A DNA stretch of 59,631 nucleotides. Origin: Promethearchaeota archaeon (GTDB taxonomy: Archaea > Asgardarchaeota > Lokiarchaeia > Sigyniarchaeales > SOKP01). This document shows, piece after piece, positions 45,358 to 55,517 of this stretch (position 1 is its first letter; the number at the start of each line of letters is the position of its first letter). The stretch is taken from contig SDNW01000003.1 in assembly GCA_004524725.1 (NCBI GenBank), positions 1 through 59,631 on the forward strand. Direction: 5' to 3'. A model generated the notes under the pieces. The model was given only the letters and a program-made list of their open reading frames with translations. It made no database searches and was not told the origin of the DNA. A program made the translations under genes and the position numbers.

Positions 45358-46029
45358 ATGCTAGATTGCAATCAATATATTTTAGTTAATACTGATACTA
45401 ACGAGTTGTCTTTATTCGATGCGGGTAATGGCATATCACTCAAGGGATTAATTGAGGGCATGCAGAAAATTGGGCTAAGTTATAACGATATTACCCAGAT
45501 ATTTTTAACTCATGAGCATGTTGACCATGTTCTTGGACTCTATCCACTTATAAAATTACTACAGGATTCCCCACCTCAAATTTATGCCTATGGAGAGACT
45601 AGGAAAATTTTAGAAACTGGAGATGAAACTAAAATATTTCCTGGAAATTTAGGAATAAATCCGAGTATGTTTGGAGTTGAAATTATTCCATTAAATATAA
45701 TTGAATTAAAGGATAAACCCGAGATTCAAATTACACCCGATTTCAAATTTAGAATTTATTATACTCCTGGTCATTCCTTAGGATCTATATCCTATTACGA
45801 ACCGAAACGAAAGATTTTAATTCCCGGTGATTTAGTCTTTACAGGGGGAAGTTTTGGAAGGTATGATTTTCCTGGAGGTTCCCTTAAAGTATTAACCAAT
45901 TCGATTAAATTAGTAAACGATCTAGATGTAAAATATTTACTTCCGGGTCATATGGGCATTAGTTCTAACGGAAATCAAGAGATTGCTTCTTCATATAGAA
46001 TGGTTCGATCCATTAGCAGTTTTTATTAA
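45358..46029 (+). CDS. MBL-fold metallo-hydrolase
   Basis: The THEHVDHV (HxHxDH) motif, followed by TPGHS and a downstream PGH. Confidence 0.8.
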   Translation: MLDCNQYILVNTDTNELSLFDAGNGISLKGLIEGMQKIGLSYNDITQIFLTHEHVDHVLGLYPLIKLLQDSPPQIYAYGETRKILETGDETKIFPGNLGINPSMFGVEIIPLNIIELKDKPEIQITPDFKFRIYYTPGHSLGSISYYEPKRKILIPGDLVFTGGSFGRYDFPGGSLKVLTNSIKLVNDLDVKYLLPGHMGISSNGNQEIASSYRMVRSISSFY

Positions 46030-46186
46030 TATTACATCGTGGGATAAATTTTCACAACACCTAAGCTAAATTCAAACCATCATAATATTAGGATTATAAC
46101 AAGGTTTTTTAAATAGAATTTCTATATATATTGTTAATCATACAATTATTTAATTACAAATATTATAAAATATATAAGTAAAATAT

Positions 46187-46861
46187 GTGATTAACATGGA
46201 TGAAAAACCAAAAAAACCAGTTAACGAAGTAATATTAAGATCTTATCCTAAAATAATCTTTTTCTGGCCCTTACTGCTAACTTCTTTTATATTGTGGTTG
46301 CTTCAACTTTTAGCACCTATTCCAATTGCTTGGTACGGTAATTTCTGGTTCATTATGTTCTTTATTAATCTTTTTATCACTGCTTTTGATTTTTCTTCGA
46401 CAAAATTTTTTGTTCTAATTCTAGTTGCAGTAGTTGTGATTTTATTGTTAATATTCTTAGTATTACCAAATGTTGCACTACCAGCACCCACGATTGAATT
46501 CAATCCGAACTTAACCGCCGAATTCTATTTCCTCATGACTATTATTTTAGCAGTAATTCTTGGAATTGTGGTGATTAGTGCTCAATTTGATTACTGGAAA
46601 ATCGAAAGAAATGAAATCTATCATAAATCAGGAATCTTTACTTCTGCTGAACGTATGCCCACAAAAAGCTTACGAATAAAGAAAAGCATACCAGACGTCT
46701 TCGAATTCTTTACTTTACGCGCTGGAACCATTATATTATCTCCTGGACAAGGGGAAACTATTCATCTAAATACTGTGTTGAACATAAACAAGAAACAAGA
46801 GCAAATTGATTACTTATTAAGCCATATAGGCACTGAACCAGACGAATTAGATAATTTATAA
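46187..46861 (+). CDS. Membrane protein with a possible bacterial-PH (YdbS/YdbT-like) C-terminal domain
   Basis: Three to four TM helices, followed by DYWKIERNEIYHKSGIFTSAERMPTKSLR...ILSPGQG, which resembles bPH_2-type domains. Weak call. GTG start. Confidence 0.4.
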   Translation: MINMDEKPKKPVNEVILRSYPKIIFFWPLLLTSFILWLLQLLAPIPIAWYGNFWFIMFFINLFITAFDFSSTKFFVLILVAVVVILLLIFLVLPNVALPAPTIEFNPNLTAEFYFLMTIILAVILGIVVISAQFDYWKIERNEIYHKSGIFTSAERMPTKSLRIKKSIPDVFEFFTLRAGTIILSPGQGETIHLNTVLNINKKQEQIDYLLSHIGTEPDELDNL

Positions 46862-46893
46862 TGAAACCCGAATCTGCGAATTACAATCTCTAA

Positions 46894-46902
46894 TTTTTTT
46901 TT
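46894..46902 (+). terminator. Oligo-T tract (T9) downstream of 46187..46861
   Basis: Nine consecutive T about 33 nt after the stop codon. Archaeal termination commonly uses oligo-T, but T runs are frequent in this AT-rich DNA. Confidence 0.25.
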
Positions 46903-46983
46903 AATTTTCTTTTATTATATTAATGCGATCTACTAATTTTTTTAATTAAATTTAAGAATTTAATAAAATTTTTAGAAATACAG

Positions 46984-47709
46984 ATGCCTCATCCTCCGAT
47001 ATTATTATTTGATTTTGATGGAGTTGTTCTTACTCAAAAAGCATTAGAGTTTACGGCTTTATTCTATAGAAGAAAGAAATTCTATAACTGGAAAAATATA
47101 CAAGGATTAAGATTAATTGATTTTGCGCGTTTGTTTGAAGAATCTGATTCAGATAATCGGGTTAAAGCATTAATACAAGCCTATCGAGCATATAAACCTT
47201 ATATCTCAAACCCATTAAAGAGAATTATTTTTTTTATTAAATTTCGGTGGACATATCCCAAGTTTGAGATATATGAAACATTAAAACCCAATTTAAAAAA
47301 AACACTTAAGTTATTCAAATCCATAAATTCTCCTTTAGGCATTGTCTCCAATACTAAAGATTCAAGGTTAGAATTTTTTAAAAAAAAACTGGATCTGGAT
47401 AAATATTTCTCTGCTTATATCTCAAGGGATGACTCACTCTTCAGAAAGCCCCATCCTTATCCAATTTTTAAAATACTTACTAAAATCAAACAAAAATATC
47501 ATTTTGCAATTAATAAAAAGAATGTGTACTTTATTGGTGATCTCCCAACGGATATCATTTGTGCTCATAATGCAGGTATTAATAGTATTGCTCTTTTGAA
47601 TGGCCATGGAACAGAGAGAGAATTAAAAGAAGTAAATCCAACGTATATATTGCGAGATATTTCCGATATTAAAGAACTTGAACCATTCAAAAAATTATTA
47701 TTGGATTAA
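46984..47709 (+). CDS. HAD-superfamily hydrolase
   Basis: Motif I LFDFDGVV, motif II VSNT and motif IV GDLPTDIICAHNAG. Confidence 0.75.
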   Translation: MPHPPILLFDFDGVVLTQKALEFTALFYRRKKFYNWKNIQGLRLIDFARLFEESDSDNRVKALIQAYRAYKPYISNPLKRIIFFIKFRWTYPKFEIYETLKPNLKKTLKLFKSINSPLGIVSNTKDSRLEFFKKKLDLDKYFSAYISRDDSLFRKPHPYPIFKILTKIKQKYHFAINKKNVYFIGDLPTDIICAHNAGINSIALLNGHGTERELKEVNPTYILRDISDIKELEPFKKLLLD

Positions 47710-47728
47710 ACATTAACAAGAAATAGTT

Positions 47729-50470
47729 ATGTTTAATCCGGAAGATTTTAGAGAATACTCTACCCTTTTTCCTTTTGTAGAGAAAATAAATAGGTATTTA
47801 AAAAAAGGAAAATCGGACAAAGTTTCACAAATCGTTGGACATCTGAAATCCTTATTGCAAGAGAAAGGATTCGCAATTCCAATTACATATATTTTCAGTA
47901 TTTTAGCTGAAAAAGAGATATCATTCATTCAGGAGGATTTAGTTAATGAAGTTACGCTTTTTTTAGAATCAGACGATACAAAGCTACGATTAAATTCTAT
48001 TATCATCGTAGGATTTTATCTATTAATGAATTCAAGTTTAATTGATTCCTATTTGCCCCAATTTATCGAAATGCTTAAACAAGATTCAAATGAGATTGTA
48101 GAAAATGTCTACTATTTTTTACATAAATTTGCTGAGCTAAATCCTACTTTCTCATGTAAACATAAACGTGCTCTTTTGGAACGTTTAAAAACTGAGAAGA
48201 TTGAGAAGAATCAACTCGCACTAATGCAATTTATTGAACCATGTTCTAATTTCGATTTCGATGAGTTATATGAATTTAAGGATATAGCATTAATGTTGGT
48301 TTCCCAATATCAGGATAAATCAAATAATATGATTATATCGAGTTTAATCTCTAAGCTTTCCCAGCTTTTCCCCATATTTCAAGAGATGAACCTTGATACC
48401 GTTGAAGTTGAGGAACTTAAAAGAAATATTTCGAATTTATTTATCATGAAAAAATACGATTTTACCAAGATAGCTAAGGAACAAGAAATAAGTCTTAAAG
48501 ACTATCTTCACTATAAAAGTGAAAGTCCCTTAATTGATTTGAAATCTACTTTTTATATTCGCAATCGGGATGAAACCCAAACTTATTATTATGAAATAGA
48601 GAAAGCCAAACTGATTTCCTTTTTTAAAGGTGCAGAAAAAATTTCAGGTGACGCGATAAAGAAAATATTCTCTCAAATAATCGAGGATGATAGTGAATTG
48701 GAATTATTCATGAAAATGTTGATCAAATTAAAAATAGTTAAAGGTTATTTCTCAAACCTCCACTACTTCTATCCTTATGCATATTTACGCGAAGATATAG
48801 TAGTTGATCTTCAAGAAAAAGGGATAGTCAACTGTGATAAATATAATTACGTTCCTCCAGAATTTTTAAGAGGAATTATTGACGAGGTTTCTACAAACAC
48901 TAAACAATCTTTTCTCTTAGGGAAGAAAGGAAAATTATACTATTCTCAAAAAAAGATCAATCAAACGGTTAATCAAGAAGCAGCGAAAAGTAATGCTATT
49001 GATTTAATTGCATATATAAAGCGATTACGGAAAGAAGATTTTACAAAATTAATTAAAAACCTACCAAAGGAGTATTTATCTAAATATCATGAAGGGACAC
49101 AATATCTTACGAATTTAGGTTTAATAAATGTAAGAAAAGAAATTGAGAATTCGAAAATTCTTGGATATTTTTCAATTTCTGATATTTCGACTAAATTAAA
49201 AATACGTAAGTCAATTCTTTTTAGCGTCTTAGAAGAAAATATTGATTTGCGAAGTGGAGTTTTTGATAAAGATAGAAACATTTTCTATTACTCAAAATTT
49301 CTAAACGAGAAAATTAAACACATTAATCAGATCAAAAGTGAGCAAGAAAAAGCTGATTTGGTAAACCAACTAGCTAATGAGCTTAACATAAAGAAAAATG
49401 TAGTCTTTTTTAAATTAGAAGAAAATCTTAAATCAATTGGAGAGGAAATTAAATCCCAAAGTGAGATCAATATCAATGAATATATTGATAAGACGGGAAT
49501 GGATTATGAAGATTTTCTGAAGTTTATACGAACTTTAGATATTGATTATTTTAAGAAAAATGACATAATTATCATCGATGCTGCCAGAATAAATGAAGCC
49601 AAAACGGAAATAAAAACTAAGTTAATTGATAAGGCTAAAAATGAAGATTTTATTGAATTTAGTGATCTTGATCTCACCCAAAATATTTTTGAGGATCTCC
49701 TCCACGGATTGCAAGAAGAGCAAAAGATTATTGGTATTTTCTATAATGATGGAGAGAAAATAAGATTCTATACTAAGAAAGGCATTGAGAATCTGATGTT
49801 AGAAAATCAACAATTTTTTTCATTCCAAGATTTCTTTTCAGAAAAAACGCTTTCAGAATCAGAATTAAAGCTCCTAACCTCTATATTAAATGATTTAATG
49901 GAAACCAAAAGATTAAATGGTACTTTTGATGAGGAAAGTTTAATTTTTTCTAGTAGTGAAGTAATTTTTGCGCAAAATTATAATACTATCCTTTCTGAAT
50001 TTGAGAATCTCATTATGGATTATACCAAATATTTCGAATCAGAATTTGGAAAAATTAAGAGAATTCTAATTAAAAAAGATGAGACGATTCTTCCTCATGA
50101 AATAAAAGTTATCCAAGAAATAATTAAAGAAGTGAATTATAATTATGTACATTGGAGAAGCGGAATAGAAGCATACGTCAGGAATGCCAACAGTAATTTA
50201 TTAAAAAAGCAAGGATTGACTCTCAAAAAATACAATGCAATGAAAATTTCTCCTGATGGTAAAAGAGATGTTAAATTGTTCGAGGAAGATGGAGAAGTAG
50301 TAGCTCTTTTAGATAAATTTAAAGAATGGGTTAAGCTTTTCAATAGCATTGAGTTAAAATATGGGAATGTAATTTTCTATCAAAAAAGATTATCTAGAGA
50401 TCCCGATAATACAGAAGATCGCGAGAAATTAAAGGATTTACTAATTCAACTTAAAATGATTGAGAGTTAA
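47729..50470 (+). CDS. Large uncharacterised protein: HEAT/ARM-like N-terminus plus a tandem winged-helix-like array
   Basis: 913-aa uninterrupted ORF. The N-terminal ~170 aa are helical-repeat-like. There are at least 5 recurrences of an hxGxF(D/Y)x4-6(I/L)(F/Y)(Y/S) wing-like motif (VKGYFSNLHYFYPY, RSGVFDKDRNIFYYS, IIGIFYNDGEKIRFYT, LNGTFDEESLIFSS, GKKGKLYYS). Confidence 0.6.
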   Translation: MFNPEDFREYSTLFPFVEKINRYLKKGKSDKVSQIVGHLKSLLQEKGFAIPITYIFSILAEKEISFIQEDLVNEVTLFLESDDTKLRLNSIIIVGFYLLMNSSLIDSYLPQFIEMLKQDSNEIVENVYYFLHKFAELNPTFSCKHKRALLERLKTEKIEKNQLALMQFIEPCSNFDFDELYEFKDIALMLVSQYQDKSNNMIISSLISKLSQLFPIFQEMNLDTVEVEELKRNISNLFIMKKYDFTKIAKEQEISLKDYLHYKSESPLIDLKSTFYIRNRDETQTYYYEIEKAKLISFFKGAEKISGDAIKKIFSQIIEDDSELELFMKMLIKLKIVKGYFSNLHYFYPYAYLREDIVVDLQEKGIVNCDKYNYVPPEFLRGIIDEVSTNTKQSFLLGKKGKLYYSQKKINQTVNQEAAKSNAIDLIAYIKRLRKEDFTKLIKNLPKEYLSKYHEGTQYLTNLGLINVRKEIENSKILGYFSISDISTKLKIRKSILFSVLEENIDLRSGVFDKDRNIFYYSKFLNEKIKHINQIKSEQEKADLVNQLANELNIKKNVVFFKLEENLKSIGEEIKSQSEININEYIDKTGMDYEDFLKFIRTLDIDYFKKNDIIIIDAARINEAKTEIKTKLIDKAKNEDFIEFSDLDLTQNIFEDLLHGLQEEQKIIGIFYNDGEKIRFYTKKGIENLMLENQQFFSFQDFFSEKTLSESELKLLTSILNDLMETKRLNGTFDEESLIFSSSEVIFAQNYNTILSEFENLIMDYTKYFESEFGKIKRILIKKDETILPHEIKVIQEIIKEVNYNYVHWRSGIEAYVRNANSNLLKKQGLTLKKYNAMKISPDGKRDVKLFEEDGEVVALLDKFKEWVKLFNSIELKYGNVIFYQKRLSRDPDNTEDREKLKDLLIQLKMIES

Positions 50471-50513
50471 TTTGGAAAATCTTTGTTTTTTAAGAATTAA
50501 TGAAATGAGAGAT

Positions 50514-50521
50514 TTTTTTTT
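50514..50521 (+). terminator. Oligo-T tract (T8) between convergent genes
   Basis: T8 lies 44 nt after the stop of 47729..50470 and just outside the 3' end of the convergent 50524..50886 ORF. Confidence 0.25.
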
Positions 50522-50523
50522 GG

Positions 50524-50886
50524 TTAAGAATTCTCATCAGAATTTTTCTTTTGTTCTATCTTTGTGACTATATCATCTACATCGAGTTTCTCGTCTGATT
50601 TAATTTTATAGGTCTTTGGCGAGTAGGTTCCATTCATCTCTAATATCCCCTCCTCCGCGAGACAATCTAATGATCTCCATATAAAATTAATTTTTGAACG
50701 ATCTGAAGATTTAATTTTATTGCATCTCCGAACTCTCTTGGTATTAACCATATTGACGTTGTTATCAATTAATTTATTAATCGCTTCAACAGTTTCCCTT
50801 AAATTTTTTAAAAAGAAGTCCATGAAATGCACATTTAAATTAATAATTCCGATATGGAAGAGTAATTTAAATTTATTTTTAGGCAT
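50524..50886 (-). CDS. Hypothetical protein (120 aa), possibly wHTH-like
   Basis: ORF only. IWRSLDCLAEEGILEMNGTYSPKTYKI is reminiscent of a recognition helix plus wing. Confidence 0.3.
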   Translation of the reverse strand: MPKNKFKLLFHIGIINLNVHFMDFFLKNLRETVEAINKLIDNNVNMVNTKRVRRCNKIKSSDRSKINFIWRSLDCLAEEGILEMNGTYSPKTYKIKSDEKLDVDDIVTKIEQKKNSDENS

Positions 50887-51059
50887 ATATAAACTTTTTT
50901 TATGTTTCTGAAAACTCTCTTAAATCGAGAGTAGGATAAATAATGGCTTATTTTCTCATTTTTTACCATTATATCAGCATCATTCTTTTATATGTAATCT
51001 TGAATTATGAAGAAGGCTAAAAATGAAAAGAATTTGATGAAAAGATTTAAGAAAAAGAA

Positions 51060-52661
51060 TTAATGCCTAAATACTCTTTTATCACAGAAAACTAATGCAC
51101 AATTAAGCTCATTTGCTTTTTTGATCACCAATTCGTCTCGAATAGATCCGCCTGGATTGATAATTGCCTTTGCTCCCGCTTCTACAGCCACTTCTAATCC
51201 ATCAGGAAAGGGAAAGAAAGAGTCTGTTCCCATGAGTGAATCTTGCAATTCTTTTTTATGGCCAAACTCTATGGCTTTTTGGACTGCTAACTTTACTACG
51301 TGGACACGGCTTTGTTGACCTGCTCCAATGCCGATAGTGTAAACCCCATCTTCATAAGTCTGAACGAAACATGCTGAATTTGATTTAGCCCATTTTGAAA
51401 CAATGTAGGCAAAAATTAGTGCTTCTTTTTCTGTTTCGTCAACATTGCGATTGCTCACTACCCTCCAGTTCTTTATCACCGGCTTAGTATCGTATTCTTG
51501 AGCTAAAATTCCCCCTAATACGCTTCTTAATTCAGGATTATTATAAAACTTGTTTCTTCTAGATAAGAAATCACCAAATTCCAGAAGAATCATTGTTTCT
51601 TTTTGTTTTAATATATTAAGCGCTTCTGGATCGAAGGAAGGAGCCATCAAAACTTCAATGAAAATCTTTTCCTTATTTACGATAAAATCAGCAATTTTTT
51701 TGGAGACAGGTTTATTTAATCCCCAGATACCGCCAAAAGCAGACATTGGATCCGTTTTAAATGCCATTTTTACCGATTTCAGTTGATCGTTTTTATCAAT
51801 AGCCACACCATTTGGACTAGTATGCTTTAAAATGGCAGTAGTATAGTAAGAATTATCTAAATCTAAAAGAATTTGCATACAAGAATCGATATCTAGATAG
51901 TTATTAAACGAGATTTCTTTTCCTGATACTTTTTTAATGGTATGTAGACCTTCATCCATACTGAGATCTTTATAATAGGCTGCAGATTGGTCCCAATTCT
52001 CTCCATATCTACAATCTTGTACTTTTTCATATACTTTAATCATTTTACTGCCAAAAGTTACTTTTGGATTATGAAAGCTTTGCAAAAAGTTCGCAATAAT
52101 TGCATTATATTCTGCCATTTTAAAAAAAACCTCTTGAGCCAAAATAGCTCTTGTTTGAGAGCTTATTCCGCCATTTTCTCTCATTTCTTTAATTAATTTT
52201 GGATAGTGATCTGGATTGGAAACAACCACAACATCATGAAAATTTTTTGCTGCAGCTCTTATCATTGTTGGCCCACCAATGTCAATCATCTCTAAGGCTT
52301 CTTGTAGTGAAATCTTGGGTTCAATAATCTTATCTTTAAAATTATAGAGATTACAAACTACCATATCGATAGGTTGAATATCATATTTTTGGGCTTCTTG
52401 AAGATCTTGTGTATTATTGCGGCGCAATAAAATCCCTCCTTCAATTCTAGGGTGTAGGGTTTTGACTCTCCCATCAAATATTTCCGGAGATTGAGTATAC
52501 TCTGCAATATTTACCACATTAATATTATTAGATTTTAATAACTTGCTGGTCCCTCCTGTTGAGAGAATTTCAACTTTAAATTCATCTGTTAATATTTTAG
52601 CAAATTCAACTATACCTTTTTTATCAAAAACCGAAATTAAAGCTCTTTCTACTTTTTTCAT
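51060..52661 (-). CDS. purH: Bifunctional AICAR transformylase / IMP cyclohydrolase
   Basis: RALISVFDKKGIVEFAK...EILSTGGTSKLL...DGRVKTLHPRIEGGIL (MGS-like IMPCH domain) plus a full-length AICARFT domain. Confidence 0.9.
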   Translation of the reverse strand: MKKVERALISVFDKKGIVEFAKILTDEFKVEILSTGGTSKLLKSNNINVVNIAEYTQSPEIFDGRVKTLHPRIEGGILLRRNNTQDLQEAQKYDIQPIDMVVCNLYNFKDKIIEPKISLQEALEMIDIGGPTMIRAAAKNFHDVVVVSNPDHYPKLIKEMRENGGISSQTRAILAQEVFFKMAEYNAIIANFLQSFHNPKVTFGSKMIKVYEKVQDCRYGENWDQSAAYYKDLSMDEGLHTIKKVSGKEISFNNYLDIDSCMQILLDLDNSYYTTAILKHTSPNGVAIDKNDQLKSVKMAFKTDPMSAFGGIWGLNKPVSKKIADFIVNKEKIFIEVLMAPSFDPEALNILKQKETMILLEFGDFLSRRNKFYNNPELRSVLGGILAQEYDTKPVIKNWRVVSNRNVDETEKEALIFAYIVSKWAKSNSACFVQTYEDGVYTIGIGAGQQSRVHVVKLAVQKAIEFGHKKELQDSLMGTDSFFPFPDGLEVAVEAGAKAIINPGGSIRDELVIKKANELNCALVFCDKRVFRH

Positions 52662-52796
52662 AATAACTCATGTAAAGTTAATTAATTTGATAGTCATTTT
52701 CTTATATAAAATCTAACGATTACTTTTGTAAAAAGCTTTTTGATTGGTGATTAATAACTTTCAGCTAAGAAAAAGAGTAAGTTAAAAGTCCTTAGA

Positions 52797-54275
52797 TTAA
52801 TATTTTCCAATCAAATCATGGGTGGAGGTTTCTCTCTGACCCGTCGGTGTAATGACTCCGATCTTAGCTTTTTTCATTTCTTTAATATTTTTAGCCCCAG
52901 AATATATCATACCATTTATTAAACCTTCTTTCAAGGATAATAATACGCCTGCTAGATCTCCTGTGAAGGGCACGTAATCACTTACGCCTTCCGCTAACAT
53001 TTTAGAGCCCTCTGTATACCTATCTGTTACATAGCCCGAAGTACGTGCCTCCTTAGAGCCCATTCCGCGATATACTTTCACTTTTCTTCCAGCAATAGTA
53101 TCAATAAAGCCAGGACTTTCCTCTGTACCAGCGAAAAAGTGGCCCGACATAATAAGATCTGCTCCCGCCGTAATTGCCTTTGGAATATCGCCGGGATTTT
53201 TAAATCCTCCATCAGCAATAAGCGCAATCTTGGGATTATAGTCATTGATTGCATCGGCTACTTGCGCAGTAGCGAACATAGTTGGAGCACCCACCCCAGT
53301 TTGGATTGAAGTGGTACAGATCGAACCTGATCCCATACCAACCTTTAAACCGATAAATTTTTCGCTATCAAACCCACTCTTAGTAAGGATATGCTCTGCT
53401 GCTTCATAAGTTCCAATATTTCCTAAGACAAAATCAGAATCTAATAAGTTCATAAGTTTTTTAGTACCTTGAATATCTGCTGATTTAAAATAATCTGCAA
53501 CATCAATAAAAAAAATATCTACGTAGTTATCAATTTCTCTGAGCATATCTTGAGCTTGTTTAGGCTCGGGGAATCGTGGAGACAATGCTAAAGCACACAA
53601 TAAGTGTCCTTCTTTATCCATTGAGGCAAGGGGAAATTCAGGTGCTAAATCTTTTTTAGTGATTAAACCCGTCAACTCTCCTTTATCATCAATAACCGGT
53701 AATTTTTCTTTACGGGATTCAAATAGTAAATTTAAAGCATCGATTCTAGAAGCTCCTGGTTTAATAGATATAACCTTTTTAGTCATAAAATCTTTAACTA
53801 ACCCATTTTTAATTTGTTCTTCAGAGTAAGGGACATCTCTTTTAGTTAAAATCCCACAAACTTTCTTTTCATTGTCAACTACCACTAATCCGCTTATATT
53901 ATAATTTTCCATAATGTATTTTGCTTTTGAGATACGATCGTTAGGCAGAATTGTTGCTACATCTTCAATTACGAAGGATCTAGCTCTTTTAACGATTCTA
54001 ACCATTTTTAACTGCCGTTCATAAGAACAATTTCGGTGTAAAACACCAAGTCCCCCTAAAAGAGCCATTTTAATTGCCATTATCTCTTCGGTTACTGTAT
54101 CCATAGCTGATGTTAAAATCGGTATATGGAATTTATAATTCCCCAAATTCGACGAGATATCTACATCGAACGGGCTAAAGTCAGTATAACCCGGTAATAT
54201 AAGAACATCATCGAACGTGGCAATTATGTTCTCATAATGCACTTTTTTGCGATAATAATCCGTCATTTTAAACAC
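52797..54275 (-). CDS. guaB: IMP dehydrogenase with a CBS pair
   Basis: TFDDVLILPGY, the CBS pair, the catalytic loop GMGSGSICTT, IADGGF and GMGS...YVPFTG. Confidence 0.9.
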   Translation of the reverse strand: MFKMTDYYRKKVHYENIIATFDDVLILPGYTDFSPFDVDISSNLGNYKFHIPILTSAMDTVTEEIMAIKMALLGGLGVLHRNCSYERQLKMVRIVKRARSFVIEDVATILPNDRISKAKYIMENYNISGLVVVDNEKKVCGILTKRDVPYSEEQIKNGLVKDFMTKKVISIKPGASRIDALNLLFESRKEKLPVIDDKGELTGLITKKDLAPEFPLASMDKEGHLLCALALSPRFPEPKQAQDMLREIDNYVDIFFIDVADYFKSADIQGTKKLMNLLDSDFVLGNIGTYEAAEHILTKSGFDSEKFIGLKVGMGSGSICTTSIQTGVGAPTMFATAQVADAINDYNPKIALIADGGFKNPGDIPKAITAGADLIMSGHFFAGTEESPGFIDTIAGRKVKVYRGMGSKEARTSGYVTDRYTEGSKMLAEGVSDYVPFTGDLAGVLLSLKEGLINGMIYSGAKNIKEMKKAKIGVITPTGQRETSTHDLIGKY

Positions 54276-54430
54276 TCCTATGAATATTGTTAATAATTGA
54301 TTTTGTTAATTTGAATGGTATATATTTTGAACTTTAAATATTAATAATATAGATAAGGCATATATTAAATTCTTATCAATTTAGATTACATGAAATATAT
54401 ATTTTTTTAGATGATGATAATTGTTAAGAA

Positions 54431-55342
54431 TTACATGCGCGTTAGATTCTTTCGCGGCAAACTCTGGATTCTGGGATCATTAATATAACTGTTTAAGGTT
54501 GCAATAAATTTTTCTCTATCTTCTTGGATGTTAGCACTTTCCAATGAACAATAATTTGAAATGTGATCGTTATACACTTCAGAAGTAACATTTTCTCCTA
54601 GATTAGCAATGATATCGCGTTCTTCTTTTAAGCATTCCAGCGGAGATAGTAATTTAAATTCTTCCGTTTTCCATTTCTCCCATAAGGGAGTTCCAGGTAA
54701 GATATTTAAGGTCCGAAACCTAAAAATTGTAGGATTAATCTCAGTTAGAACTCTCGCGGTTTCTTTTACATGCTCCTGAGAATATTTTTTTCCACCCAAT
54801 CCCAGTAAAATATAAAGAGATAAATCGATTCCCGCATTTAAAATTTTATGACCCGCTTCAATCATAGACGCCGCATTAGTTCCTTTTTTCATCAACCGCA
54901 ATATGATACTGCTTCCGCTCTCTAATCCCATATAGACTATATCTAGACCGGCATCAGATAACTTTTTTAATTCCTCATCAGATTTTCTTAAAATATCGAG
55001 TGCTTTAGCATAGCAACTTATTCTTGGTACATTTTTTAAATGAATTCGTACATATTTGATGATTTTGACAAGGTAATCTGTGGGAGCAGAAGTAGGATTT
55101 CCTCCCGCAAGAAAAACGGGATATCCATGATAATTTTTTTCAGCAAAACTATCGATATCTGATAAAACATCTTTTAACGGACGGATGGCGTAATCCTGTA
55201 TTATTCCATACATTCCCTTATATGTTCCGCAAAATTCACATTTATTCCACGAACATCCGCCTGTGACGGGAACTAAAACACTATAGGCTTCTACTGGCGG
55301 CCGAATTACAATCTCACTGGGAGGGATTTTAATCGTCATCAA
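54431..55342 (-). CDS. Radical SAM domain protein
   Basis: Cys cluster GGCSWNKCEFCGTY near the N-terminus, a GGNP-type motif (LAGGNPT) and a TIM-barrel-sized body (303 aa). Confidence 0.7.
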   Translation of the reverse strand: MMTIKIPPSEIVIRPPVEAYSVLVPVTGGCSWNKCEFCGTYKGMYGIIQDYAIRPLKDVLSDIDSFAEKNYHGYPVFLAGGNPTSAPTDYLVKIIKYVRIHLKNVPRISCYAKALDILRKSDEELKKLSDAGLDIVYMGLESGSSIILRLMKKGTNAASMIEAGHKILNAGIDLSLYILLGLGGKKYSQEHVKETARVLTEINPTIFRFRTLNILPGTPLWEKWKTEEFKLLSPLECLKEERDIIANLGENVTSEVYNDHISNYCSLESANIQEDREKFIATLNSYINDPRIQSLPRKNLTRM

Positions 55343-55517
55343 ATAATCAAATCTTATTGTTTGCTAATTATATATATTTAACCATGAAATTTAGTCTTAG
55401 CCCTTATGAGATATAATTGCATTTTATTAGCATATTGGGATTATCATCCTCTAATATACCAAATTTTTTTTAATAAAATTAATTTTGTTGATCAAAGATC
55501 TTATTTAAACCATATTC

